Part shown: positions 1 through 12,800 of the stretch, one piece after another
Numbering within the stretch: position 1 is the stretch's first letter
Layout: each line of letters opens with the position of its first letter
Origin: Takakia lepidozioides
Lineage: Eukaryota; Plantae; Bryophyta
Direction of reading: 5' to 3'
NCBI GenBank assembly: GCA_030704615.1
Contig: CM060732.1
Location: 60,202,001-60,266,000, forward strand
Length of the DNA: 64,000 nucleotides
Translations under genes and position numbers: made by a program
Notes under the pieces: model-generated
What the model was told of the DNA's origin: nothing
The model's database searches: none
The model's input: only the letters and a program-made list of their open reading frames with translations

Positions 1-759
1 TGAAGGTGGCCTAAACCGCACACCTCGTCTCGTGTACCCATTAGTAGCGCTAGTGCTCGAACTGGCACTGTCCCCAGCAACTAGTGGCACCTCCGTGTTG
101 ACACTCAACCGGTCATGAACATGTCCCTAACCCCCTCTCCACAAGATAACCGGGTAGAGAACCTGTTGCGGCTTATGGTTTGGAATACTAAGTTCCTAAC
201 ATAGCCTACACTTGTACCTGCATCCACCGCAAGCACTCCTATGGTTGGCTGGTCATCACCTCCAGCCTCACCACAAGAGAAACAATGATGGTCTGGCTGG
301 TCATCACCCCAGCCTCACCATCGACAACATGCTCTAGGACTGGCTGGTGATCAAATCCGGAACAAGCGCCCACACAAAACTAGCATGGCGCACAGTCAAG
401 CATGCAGGTATGGAGGGGATCCAAACACAAGAAATCAAAACGACAACTCCCCCACACCAAAAACAATTCTACGGTGTTGCTCCTACAAGGACACCCCAGC
501 CAAACCCGGACTGACTCTTGCCTCCACCTAAGGAAAGGTCTTGGCCTAATGAGAGGGTGGAAACTACGAGGAAGAGAAGCTAAAGCAATGCCTAACCCCA
601 GCATGCCCTCATCCCAACACTCTTCCTCTCCTCTATTCCCTCACTTGCATGACCATGGGAATATCATGAAGATACTCCTCAAACCGCCCTCCACGAGCTT
701 CAAAATTCGGCCTTCAAGACCACATGCCAGTCCTTAGGCAGTCCACCAGTGTCTCCACG

Positions 760-1220
760 AGTCAGCACAGGCCGTCCACAGGTCAACACGGGCCACCACA
801 GACCAGCATAGGCCCACACAGCTCACTGGTCACACCCGTCACAGCCCCACACAGGCCACAGCCTATCACAGCCCATCACAACCCCAAAGGCCACAGGCAC
901 AGCCTGTCACAACCCTACAAAGGTCACAGGGGTCACAGCCTGTCACAACCCCTCAAGCCCGTCACAGCCTATCACAGCCCTACACAGGTCACAAGGGTCA
1001 CAGCCCCTCACAGCCCCTCACAGCCCCACAGGCCACATGACACAGCCTGTCACAGCCCTACAAAGGTCACAGGGGTCACAGCCCCAAAGGCCACAGCCTG
1101 TCACAACCCCTCACAGCCCGTCACAGCCTGTCACAGCCCCAAAGGCCACAACCTGTCACAGCCCTTCACAGCCCCATAGGCCACTGGGCACAGCCTGTCA
1201 CAGCCCTACACAGGTCACAG
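760..1220. repeat. Degenerate minisatellite of ~9-10 nt units (GTCACAGCC / CACAGCCCC) with higher-order repeats
   Basis: Dozens of copies of gtcacagcc(c/t) variants are directly visible; the overlapping ORFs are low-complexity artefacts. Confidence 0.9.
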
Positions 1221-3081
1221 TTTTCTGGTGAGCAAATTTCATATCACTAATATATTACGATAGTACATGTATATATATTATAAATATGATAATGGTAATA
1301 ACTAAGGAAACCTGGAAATGTCAAAACCCTTAGTTTTGGATTTTTATCTTCTGTCTATATTTTAGACAATTAAAATTGTAGGTCTTAGTTATGTGAGCTC
1401 TAACCAAAGCATTTTTTTATCTTTAGGGTTCGGTCGCACCTGCATGTTAGTAAGTCAATCGGGTTAGCTAATTGACGTTAGCGGCAGGGCGACGGCCGCA
1501 CATGTTGATTAGGAAGTTGGTTAGATAACCGGCCGATTAACAGCCGTTAAACACTATAACGGGGAGATTTAACACCTCCTCCATGGCGGTGTTAAATCTT
1601 GATCTGCGATTAAAAATCGGGCAGCAGCGGAGAGGCTCTTGTAGGCACCAGACGCACGCGATGGCAGGACTCGCGTCACCATAGACTGCAGAGGGGAGAG
1701 TGAGGACACACACTACTCAGTTTTTTTTATCATCATAGACAGAAACTGCTAGGGAAAATGTAGGAGAGAGTGTAGGATCAAAGCATATCTTCCACAACGA
1801 CGTTGGACACCACAGGCAGTGGTGATGGCTTTAGGGTTAATGAGGTTGAAATGCAAAGCAAGACTCCTAGCTGAAAAAGAGCTAGAGATAGAAACTGGAA
1901 TAAGACAGAAGTTCGCATCCTAGCTGCCACAAAGCGGCAAGAATGGGAGGCCGAGTGGAATGGTTCCAATGCACATGGTAATATGAGTTGTGATAAAGTG
2001 AAGTGGGAGAACAAAGTGTTGTCCTTGGAGAGACAGGGTGTGCTTGGAAGGAATGCAACAAGTTGCAGCAACAAGTGGTAGAACCCGTGCAAGCATTTCA
2101 AGGATATTCTGGGGCATCAGCTTCAAACCACAGGTGATGAAGACTACTTCACTATGACCACTGAAGAACGTGGAACAGCATGACTCCCGAAATCCTTCTC
2201 AAAAGACCACTGGATGTGTGAATATCACTGGTAATGTTAAGTCCACATGCATACCCTGTAGGTTAGCATGTCGTGTTACAGCTGTGTGCAAATGCAATTC
2301 CAACCTTGAAGGGCTTATATCCTTGAAAAATGTCCCTCTGGGACACCACACTGCCACAGCTAGCTGTGGAGTTATATGGAGACTTTGTAATTCAGCTCCA
2401 AAGTTTTGGTGAGGCACCTAAGCCACTATAAGTCCTCAATATTATCGAGACAATTTAGGTCTACACATATGTTTCTTTTGCAAAATGTCATGAAAACCGT
2501 GTCATTACGATGACTCTATGATCTGCGATGTGAATATGACTCTGGGTTTGTTCCACTAGTAAGCAAGATATATGACCATTTTTTTTTGTCACGTCCGTGA
2601 CTGTTTTTATAGCAACACACGACTCTCTCCGGACTGCGACGTGTCATTTTGAGATGATGATAGCTGTAGGGATGATGCTATCTCGCAGGCATGCCACAAT
2701 GAACCGCGTATTCACGTTAAGCAATACCACGTGTCGGAATCTAACAACTTTTCGAGAGTCATGGATCTAACTGTGGAGGTCGTGCGCGGATACGTGGCGC
2801 TTTCTGTATGGTGTTTAGATAACAAGGATTTTTGAATTTACTTGAGTAGACATTGACAATCTCAAAGAAGATTATGTTGTGTATCCAAGAAAACCTGCCA
2901 AAGCATTGCATAGAAGAACTCTATAACACTCATGGCCTTGAATTTTGGATTGGTCTGCAATGTACTCATTTTGAAAATGTCAGCTTCTTGAATTTTCAGT
3001 ATGTTGAGGCAGTTGTGTTGTTTCCATCTCAATTAATATATGCTTGAATATGGCTATGTCATTTTTTTTTCTTCCCACATA

Positions 3082-3960
3082 TTAGATTGTGCAACAAGCA
3101 CCACAGATGAAGACATCAGGCACAATGACAACGTGTAGGTCAATTTTGAGCAGTACTTCTCGAAAGGTATTTTTTAATATGCCGAAAGAATTTTCAACAA
3201 CCGACCTTCCACGTCGATGCTTCTTACTATACAATGCCTCCAATAGAATGTGATCTTCATCTTTAAAGGGCATCATGAGCCATGACAAACAGGGATAGCC
3301 TTTGTCGCCGAGCAAGTACGTTGGGACTCCATCTTCAGAGTTCATATAAAAAAAAACCACATGAAATTGCGTTTTTTTATAGAGACTAGATAGATGTAAA
3401 ATTTGTGAATCAGTCACGCTACCAGACATGCCAACATATATATCTATTAATTATTTTCTCGAATTCACTATGGCCTGAGCCACCATGTTGTAGCCGTCAG
3501 TCTTGTAGTAATAGTAATCCTCCGCAAAAAGCACATGGTGGCTTGGAAATTGTAATGTGTGTTCCGTCGATCGTACCCTGTATGCTAGGAAGGCCACACC
3601 ATGCTTTGAAATCTTCGATAACCGCAACTATTGCATTCCATGTAGGTCAACTTATCAGACGCTTGAAGACTATGTTGATATATATTCGTACCACTTCATG
3701 AATTACCAATGATACTGTTGATTTGCCAATGGCAAACAACTCGTTGCACATCAATAAATTTGAGCTTTGGGCGAGTTTGTACAACATTCATGCTGCTCTG
3801 ATTTCCACTGGTATAGCGATATTTAGTATCTTGTTTTTGAACATATGGCCTCAACTCTTTACATATTTGGAAATACAGTATCTTTGCTAATCCGAAAGTG
3901 TTGTATCCAACGCTCATAGTCAAAATTAGGAATCTTGAAAACCATGTCGTGGAGCACGGC
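3082..3960 (-). pseudogene. PIF/Harbinger (HARBI1-like, DDE_Tnp_4) transposase pseudogene
   Basis: Motifs GLPSIQGTIDGTHITI, YLLGDKGYP..SWLMMPF and HRRGRSVVENSFGILK are spread over several frames with stops and frameshifts. Confidence 0.85.
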
Positions 3961-4497
3961 TTAACCCAATCACAAAGGTGATCTGGATGTAAAAATGCAA
4001 GCAAATTGGAATTCAACATGTAGAGAATTGTAGAGATTGCAAGTATCAATTGCATGGTTGCAACGAACATATTCTAGTCGAAATCAAGAAGGCAATGCAT
4101 ATGGGCGCTTTCATACCGCTCTGCTCCATCTTGGACAAAGAACTACAATACTACACTCACTGTAACTGAATTCCATGGTCACACACAGACCGAGAGATGC
4201 AGTAAAACCTCGGAGAACCCTTGCTGCTCCTACACAATATGAACACAGACACAACGCACAATTGAAGCAAAGAGAGACACACAAAAAAAATACTACCACT
4301 GGCATGAACGATTATCATAGTGTGAACGAACGGAAATGTTATCTCACAAGTATCTATCGTGAAGGTGTTTACTTTCTTCCTATATGAACATAAAGAGAAA
4401 GATAAAGTTTCTTTAACCTCCAGTGAATTTAGAGAGCCTAGTGCTCAACACACAAGCCATTGAGGGCCCAATGGGCGGTCTGAAGGCACATGTTGAA

Positions 4498-4561
4498 GGA
4501 TTGAACCCATGATCACCTAGGTTGTGCATAGGCAACGCACAATCACCCAACCACTGGGCTA
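4498..4561 (-). mobile_element. tRNA-derived SINE head remnant (Pol III A/B boxes)
   Basis: Minus strand A-box TAGCCCAGTGG and B-box GGTTCAATCC; shares GTGATC(A/G)TGGGTTCAA with 35360-35413; no full cloverleaf. Confidence 0.5.
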
Positions 4562-5677
4562 TCTGTGAAATGGTAGGTTATGTTTCGGTAAATGTGGCTT
4601 AGGGAAGGTGCCAGGTGTTGCCGCGGCTATGGTGTTAACCCTTATTATCACCGCAACATTAACACTATTAACACTAAACGTGTTTTTATCACACTAACAT
4701 TAACACTAAATGTGCACGGCCGCTTACGCTAGTAACTTTACTATAATATATCCAACTTCCAAGACATTTTTTTTCCTTAGGTGAAAGGGGTGACATTTAT
4801 ATGATTAGAGTTTATTAACTTCCATCATCTTTTTCAAACAATCGTGTTTATCTCGACTCACAATCATACCTTTGGTCAAAATATATGCCATCATTTTCTT
4901 GCCATTGATATTGTATACAAATTTGATTTGTCCAAGTTTAACTTTCTAGGGCACAAAGTGTGAGATACAAAATATGCATAGAGATATTTTGATACCATGC
5001 CCCTCAAGTCCCTACTTCAGATTTTCTTTATAAAGCTTGCAAACCATGTTTGCTAAGTTCTCTTTGACCAATAGGTGACAATTTGGAATGAGGGCCAAAG
5101 AGGAGGGAGACTCTTGCCGTAACTTATTGTGTCACTTCACCCCAAAGACTGTGGCCTTCCATTTGAAAGGTGAACAACTTCTAATGTGTGAATTGGCTGG
5201 TGTGTTTTTTGTGGAACTTGATGTTGCACATTCATCTTTTGGCAAACTTCCAAGCTCTTCATTTGAACATGAAGGATACTTCCTAAAATGGAATGAACCA
5301 ACTTATGGAACTCTTGAGGTCTCGCAGACTGCCATGCTGCCAATAAGTTCCACCTACAGCAGCACAAGACCTCAATCAATCCCCACACACTGCATTGCAT
5401 GTGATCACTTACAATCCATGTATATTGCCATATCAACCTAACTTCAACTGTTGAAGATCATTAGTTCTGCAGGGAGAAGCACATTCCAAACATTTCTACA
5501 GCAACATACACAACAACATCACTGCAATTTACATCCCTGTGGATTGTTTTCCTGAACCTCCATGAAACCTGTCATGTGGATTGTTCTCCAATGTACTCAC
5601 AAGCAATAATCGTTGGCACCCACTTGGCAGATGCAGTCCTTGCAGACAATCCGCCCATCAATCAAAACGAGGACCCT

Positions 5678-6529
5678 TCAATCACGTTTCTCTGTCAATC
5701 CAGCTTTCAGTAGCGTGGCTTTAGTTTCTTCCAAGGCATTCCCTTTGCGAACAAACCGAAAGGCCCCCGCCACTGAGAGGTCTACAATGGTGGACCCGAC
5801 CCGCTCTGCTGACAATGGGCCAGCATCAAACACAAAAGCACATTCAGCCCACAACTGTTCAAATTCCTCAACTCGTATAGTGCTCAGCTGGTTACTGATG
5901 TTTGCACTGGTTAGTGCAAGCGGCCCCCCAAAGGCCCTGGAAACTTCACGGATGAAGTCACTATCGGGTATTCGAATGCCAATGCTGGAGATGCCTGGGT
6001 TAAGAGAGGGGGATAAGAGGCTGGACTCCCTGCGAGGTAACAACACCGTCACTGGCCCTGGGAGAAGGGCCTCTAGAAGCCCTTGGGGCAGATGTGAAGT
6101 TACCCCACACCCTGCTACATCCACCACATCCGCAACACACACGGCCAATGGGCTGGTAGCACTTCGGCTCTTCATCTCATAGATCCGATTAATACCAGTA
6201 GCCGAACAAGCATCACAGGCCAGGCCATAGAGGGTGTCAGTGGGAACTGCTATGACTTGAGATGATTGCAGACCCGCCACTGCTGCTTCTTTGGATTTAG
6301 CCCCACTGGCTGGACGTAACCCTCCCATAGACCAAGAGAAGCTCATCCCTGCCTCAGAGAATTCTGGCCTAACACCCACGCTGGTGGGGGCTGCTGAAAT
6401 CGGCCCTCCCCCACCTCCATAGCTTTGCACTCTCCCACTGTCTTTCTCATCAAAGCTTCTGTCCCTTTCTTTGGCCTCATCTAGGCGAATTCCCCCATTT
6501 GGCCCAAACCCCACTATTGTTCCAAGCAT
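5678..6529 (-). CDS. YRDC: YrdC/Sua5 threonylcarbamoyl-AMP synthase (t6A tRNA modification), single-exon CDS, 283 aa
   Basis: Intact ORF with family motifs VIAVPTDTLYGL, LLPGPVTVLL, IGIRIP, LALTSANIS and GSTIVDLS. Confidence 0.93.
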   Translation of the reverse strand: MLGTIVGFGPNGGIRLDEAKERDRSFDEKDSGRVQSYGGGGGPISAAPTSVGVRPEFSEAGMSFSWSMGGLRPASGAKSKEAAVAGLQSSQVIAVPTDTLYGLACDACSATGINRIYEMKSRSATSPLAVCVADVVDVAGCGVTSHLPQGLLEALLPGPVTVLLPRRESSLLSPSLNPGISSIGIRIPDSDFIREVSRAFGGPLALTSANISNQLSTIRVEEFEQLWAECAFVFDAGPLSAERVGSTIVDLSVAGAFRFVRKGNALEETKATLLKAGLTEKRD

Positions 6530-6876
6530 TCTTGGTGGCTGGATTTATAAACAATAACAGAAAAGTCTTTGATCCTCTGCACATACAAAAAACCCCATTA
6601 CATAAACTCAGCGAGGAGAAGAGACACAGCAGAATGCGAATGTATCGGAACACAAGTAGGAGGAGAAGAGAAACTGATTGTGTGGGTAGATTAGGTTAGA
6701 TTAGGCACAGGGCAGGTAAGGTGGGAGGTAAGGAGCCGCCTCGTTGTGGGCTTCGACAGGTCTGGTTCAGGTTCGAAGTCTTCCGAAGCAGGCTTTGCTG
6801 GAGTATGTGGGCACGTTGAGTCAAGCTTGTGTGTACAAGTGTAATCTATGCCAGTGGTTGGAAGACAATCAGAAAG

Positions 6877-9800
6877 ATGGCGGAAAGTGGCAGTGGGATT
6901 ATAGCCTCTTCTCGGGGCTCTTCGCTGTTCCAGGCATCGCCATCTGATGTGGATCTATACCAGCTGCATGTAGAAGGGTTGCTGGCACCGGAGGAGGACC
7001 CCTCATTCAGTGACCTCGACAACAAGCTCTTACTGTATCCGTCAGACATTCTGTCTTTGTCATTTTGTCTCTTTCCATTGGTCTGTATCTACCTCTTGCC
7101 GTATGTCCATGGGCACCCAATTTGAATGGGGAATCTTGGGGTGCGGGAGAGCCTTACGGATATGGGTTGCTCAGGGTTATATTCCGGAGGTCAATGGCCT
7201 TGTGCACCCTCTGCCTGCATGGCTTCCTCCCTTGATAGCTTGCCTCACTATTTACCATGCTCATATGAGTGAGGACATCAGTTTGAGTTGTCTTGGTAAC
7301 TTGTGGATTTGAAGATGTTATTAAAGAATATCTGTCACCCCTTCTCCTCTTTCTACCTGCTATTTCGCTCCTACCCTCCCCACTTTTGAGTACTACTGTC
7401 AATTTGCCTTCATTACGAACAGAAGAGATCTTCTCGATATCTCGCCAGTGTTGAACGAGGCTGCCAGCGCCATCATCGATGTAAGTTTCTCACTTGTTTT
7501 ATGTATCTTTGCAATCAGGGTTCTAACATCACTTTTGGGTTCATTTTAGTACTTTAACTGCTACCTCTCTCTGTCCGCTGTCTCCGGTCTGCTAACTGAC
7601 CAACCGATTTGGCGTATGGAATCATTACAGGAGTTTCATTAGAGCAATGTGTGGGTCTTCCACTCACGAGGGTTAAAAGATTTTGCCAAGTTTGTTGTAT
7701 GATGCATTGCTTTTACTTGAAAATTTTGCATCAACCCTCCTCTCTAAGTTGTCTCAAGGAAATTCGATATCCATTGTGCCCAGGCTCGAGGATCTAATTT
7801 AGTTGCAGAAATAACTCTACTAGTCTAGTTTTCCTCTCTGGAAAAATATGTATGATCATATTCTATGATGAATACTTGCTTGCTTTTCCGGTTTGAAAGG
7901 ACGATGTTTTGGCACAGGATTCCTTCACTAGGTGTTTCAAATCAAATATTCCAGAGCCATGGAATTGGAATGTCTACTTGGCTCCTCTCTGGTGCCTAGG
8001 AGTGATCGTGCGATACTGTATCCTCTTCCCAATAAGGTTTCTCTCTTCCCACTGTCCCCCTCTCTCCCTCTCTACATACACAGGCTAGACTGAAATTTTA
8101 GCTCAGTCTACCTTTGAACAATAACAGATGCAGAGAGGAAAGGGAGATGCCCAATATGTGGGCTGCCTCAAGACAATAGCCATTTTCTGATACAACGTCC
8201 AGGGTATTCTCATCAGAAAGCAACCCCCTTCAGGACCATCAAGAACATAGTTGCTGCACCTCTGTTCATCAATTTTCAAATTCTCAAGGTTGAGCCTAAA
8301 GCCCCTGGCCCTGTTGGGGTGTAATTGCTGGGCAGCTCACATACAGCAGATTGATACTTGTGTGAAGGACTTTCTAGAGTAAATGTGGAAAGCCCAGACT
8401 CATTGTTTATACCAAGGTAAGTACCACTACTGGAGTGAGCCATGATGCTACGGCAAACCACATCTTATGAGTACCTTTACACACAGTGTCCTTTCTATAA
8501 ACTGTGACGTGGAATCCAATCACCATCCCATGTCACATTTGTTAACAGACATGGGGCTAGAGCAGCAGTGTCTTAATGATGTGGATTTTCTTAGCATCCT
8601 TACGAACACCCCGGCAATCAGATGGGGTTGGCTATACACAAGCACCACAGCAAGTTCTGATTGAGTTGCCACACCTAGGTTGGGAAAAACTCTGCAACCA
8701 GCTCTGGAAGGGTGGATAGCCTGCTAGTGGTATGTCATAGCCAACGTTTTCAGTGGACACTCAATGAGTATGTTCTCTCCCTACATGTATCCACTTTGAG
8801 TGGCTTTCTGGTCAAGGTACATCAGAGCGAAAAGTAACATACATGCAGTAGAGGCATAAAGGTTAAAAGCTGGTATCTCACCCTCCTCTCTTTGATATCC
8901 GAATTTGCACTGGAGGTGCCTCCAAAGTCAACTCCCCAAGAAGCAAGGTCATTTGGTAAGGTGATGAACAAATACAGGTACTTGGTTCCTGCAAGTAGCA
9001 GGATGCTGGAATACGTGAGATTGGACATGATGAGGTGTCTGGCACTTTTACATTGATTTATGGGATAACAGGATTCAACAACATCCCTTGGTCCGTTTTT
9101 CTCATCCCTTTTTTTTTGCCTACTTTCTCTGGCACTCTAGTGTCGTACGAAATGGGATAGAAGTTTTAGTCCTGTGGTTTGTCTGATTGAAAGTGCAGTT
9201 CAGATACTTAACAAATTGTTGGAATGGACAGAGTTATGCTGCTTACTGTAGGATGGATAATATTTCTGGGACTCTTCATTCCAGTTCACATTGCTTTGAA
9301 AAGACACGACGAAGTGCGACGAAAACTGGAGGTGAGCTTTGACCGAAACAGTTTGTTTCTTTTGCTTTTATACCATGCAAACACTCCCGTTTCTTTTCTG
9401 TTTCCATCTTTATGTCCAGGGGGAGTAGGAGGAAGATTTGTCACATAGAGTGGTTGTATAGGGATGCTACCCTCTGATGAGGATCTTGTGCCCATCTGGC
9501 AGCAGCCGTGCAGTGCCATGATCTCATTGCTGATTCAAGTTTGTGTCTACCTATTTGGGGGTTACAACCAGTGGATGTTCACATCTTTGCACCATAATGG
9601 AATTAGGTAGGTCGGATGGAAAACATTCTAAGATGTCGGATGCAGACCGTTGTTACCCTTGATACATCAATGACCAGAAACCCTGAAAACTCAAACTGAT
9701 CACCCCAATAAAATTCGGGGAGCATGTGTGTGAGAGCGGGACAGATAAAGACAAGAAAGGACTCAAGAATAGTTACGTCCTGGGGGCTCAAATGGTCCAA

Positions 9801-12800
9801 GGCACGAGTAAAAAAAAAGAAATTGAAGGAAACTGTGTAATGTTCCCTGTTTCTGTTCCTCGCACAATTTGCTCGTGATACTAGGACTTTGAGCCGGCAT
9901 TTTGGGTGAGAGATATGGGCTTTGGTTCATCCCCTAACACATATACGCTGTGGGTGAGATGGTTTGAGCAGCGAGGCCTGGTGGAGTTTATTTGTAGTGT
10001 GTTTGTGGCCTCATGGACGGGGGTTGTCAAGTACCATGGGCCTCGACCGAGTAGGCGTGTGAAGCAGGTGACTTCCCATTTCTGAACTGCAGGTTACTAT
10101 AGCAGCTATGTTCTCTATATTGTGGCCTTCAACTGAGCTTGGGAATGAATACATGGATGATGTCATCAGACCATATAGTCACAGGGGTCATGGGATAGCA
10201 GGCTTCTTTAGTGGAGGTTTTTAATTACCAATTGTGAGCCTTTGTTGACAGGCTTCGCCATCCTTGGCAATCCACTCGAAACATGACGTAATACATGCAA
10301 GATAGATCCACGCAAGTGGCGTCCATTATGCAGCGGTAGATTCCTTGCTCACATAGTCGCACCCTGGCGCAGTCAGGACCATGTTAGTGCCAGGGTGGCT
10401 TACAAAGTGCACATGTGCCCTTTGCACATTTCCCAACTGAAATTATAGTGTCTACGTCAGGTTAGAACCCAAATTCTTGAAACAACCAGTTGAAACTTTA
10501 TAAATATCTCTTTTCTGGGATGTAAGAGTTTCTTCCCAACCTTTATCTTTGGCTTGCAGGTGTTTGTGGCCAATCACACATCCATGATTGACTTCATCAT
10601 ATTGGAGCAAATGACTGCTTTTGCTGCAATTATGCAGAAGCACCCGGGGTGGGTTGGTGAGCTCTTCTCTTCCTTCCTTTTGCTGTGCTTGTTTTCCTTC
10701 ATGAGTGATCTACTGCATGTGGATTGGAAAGATCTTGATGTCTACTGTGTTTTATACCACAGCAGCATGGAAGAGAGAGATTGAGAAAAAGTCAAGCCTG
10801 TGTAGTTCCCTTTGATAGTTGATCTGTATGGGGGTAGTTCTCTATGGCCACAAGGCTAAGGCAAACAACGTCTTATGAGTACATGTGTATGGGGGTAATT
10901 TAAATCTTACCATCTTCTGATTGGGCTTTTCACTCACAGATAATAAAACTTGAACTTGCAAAACTGCCTTAATGCCCCAGATGACAATCCAGTTGCAGTG
11001 TCAATCAAGGGCCGATTATGGGCTGGTGTGGAAATCATATTAAAAAACGTGATGTTCATTCAAACACTGCTAATCTAGCCTCTACCTACCATTGACACAA
11101 ACACCAAGGAAGATTGCACTGCCAGTCACAATAGGGATATATGGGCAGAGAAATATAGAGAGAATGTGCTCATAAGAGAGAATTAGAATTCACTCATAAG
11201 ATGTTGTTTGCCATAGCCTTGTGGCCATTGACCTCGCGCCCAGTTTGAGCGGAACACAAAGGGACAGAACCTACCTTTGTCAGGGGCTGACTCGGGTCGT
11301 AAGACTTACCCTGGAAAGACAATTGATCCGGGTTTTCCAGATATCCTCTAGATATACACAAGCATCAACCTGCTGTGTGTGGTTTGCCCAATAACTAGGC
11401 CCCAAAAGGGCCTGGGCTTTTGGCTCAGCCTCGAGACTTTCAAGTTGGTAAACAGAGGTACAGGCACAATTCCCTTGATAGTTTTGAAGAGAGCGTCTCT
11501 CTGGTGAGAGAACCCTGGACAATAAATCAGAAAATGAATAATGTCTTCAGGTTGCCCACACAACGGGCAATTGCACTATCGCTTTCCTCTCTGCTTCTGT
11601 TTGCTGTTCAAAGGTAGGCTTCCTGCCCCGAGTTTAAATTTCAGTCTAGTGCCGAGAGTGGATAGACCCTTGAGATCAACCATGATGTCCTCCCCCATGT
11701 CACAGACTGGAAACAAGTTCAGGGGAGTTTTCTGCTAACTTCCTTTCATCAGACAATTTCCTGGCAACAGACATGGCTTTGGACACTACAGCCTCTAAGT
11801 CAGATTTATCCAGCAGGGTCAGGACTTGCGGGCTAAGATTCAGATCCTTGAGAATCTCCTCTACTCTCTTCTGCCAGGACTTAGCCTGTTTGACAGGGTG
11901 ATCCTGCTTCCAAGATATAGAGTCGATTAACTTAGGATATCTGATGTTGGACATATGTTGCAGCTGACCCCACCATCTGACCTTGAATTCATCTCGTTGG
12001 GAGCTTAAGGAAGGGATGCCAAACTCACCTCGAAGAGCCACATTGGCTGTTTTGGAGCATGCTGACATGCACTCCTTAAGCACCCCCACTTGTATGGATT
12101 CTAGAGACTTAGCCTGGTTGGAGTTATCAACCCATATTGCAGATGCGCACTCCAAGGCAGGTCTAATAACGCGACAAAGCATGGTTTTCTTGACCTCAGA
12201 GGTGATCCCTCTGCAGTGGAAAAATTTAGTGAGACCCAGCACTTTGCACTTGCCAGTTTGAATAACTTTCTGAATATGTGCATCCCTATTACAGTTGGAG
12301 GAAATCTCAACGCCCAGGTATGTGTAGGAAGGGAGGACCGGAATCTTTCCCACTGCCACTTTAGATCACCTCCTCTCTCTCCTCGGTCTTTGAATGCCAT
12401 CACGGCACATTTACTGACGTTCTCATAAGAGAGAAATAGATTGTACTCATAAGACGTTGTTTGCCGTAGCCTTGTGGCCATTGACCCCGCGCCCAGTTTG
12501 AGCGGGAACAAAAGGGACAGAACCTACCTCTGTCAGGGGCTGACGTTGGTAGTAAGACTTACCTCCATATATAGAATTAATCCGGGTTTTCCAGATATCC
12601 TCTAGAAATCCCTTCACACAAGCATCAATCTGCTGTGTGTGATTTGCCCAAAAACTAGGCCTCAGGAGGGCCTGGGCTTTGGCTCAGCCTCGAGACTTTC
12701 AAAGTTGGTAAACAGGGGTCCAGGTCCTTGAGGATCTCTTCTACTCTCTTCTGCCAGGACTTAGAAATAGATTGTACTCATAAGACGTTGTTTGCGTAGC

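Larger units (their letters stand above)
1426..4723 (-). mobile_element. Degenerate PIF/Harbinger DNA transposon (boundaries tentative)
   Basis: Contains the Harbinger transposase pseudogene. Both proposed ends are flanked by TTA (1423-1425, 4724-4726). TIR similarity is weak (gggttcggtcgcac vs revcomp gcggccgtgcac). Confidence 0.45.

Noticed and set aside
724-1179. 151-aa ORF
   Set aside because: Translation of the minisatellite.
5613-6182. 189-aa + strand ORF
   Set aside because: Antisense shadow of YRDC.
12440-12545. Family-A terminal repeat considered as a ribozyme/retrozyme or CRISPR-like repeat
   Set aside because: No hammerhead core (CUGANGA…GAAA) and no regular spacers; it translates as the C-terminus of LINE ORF2.
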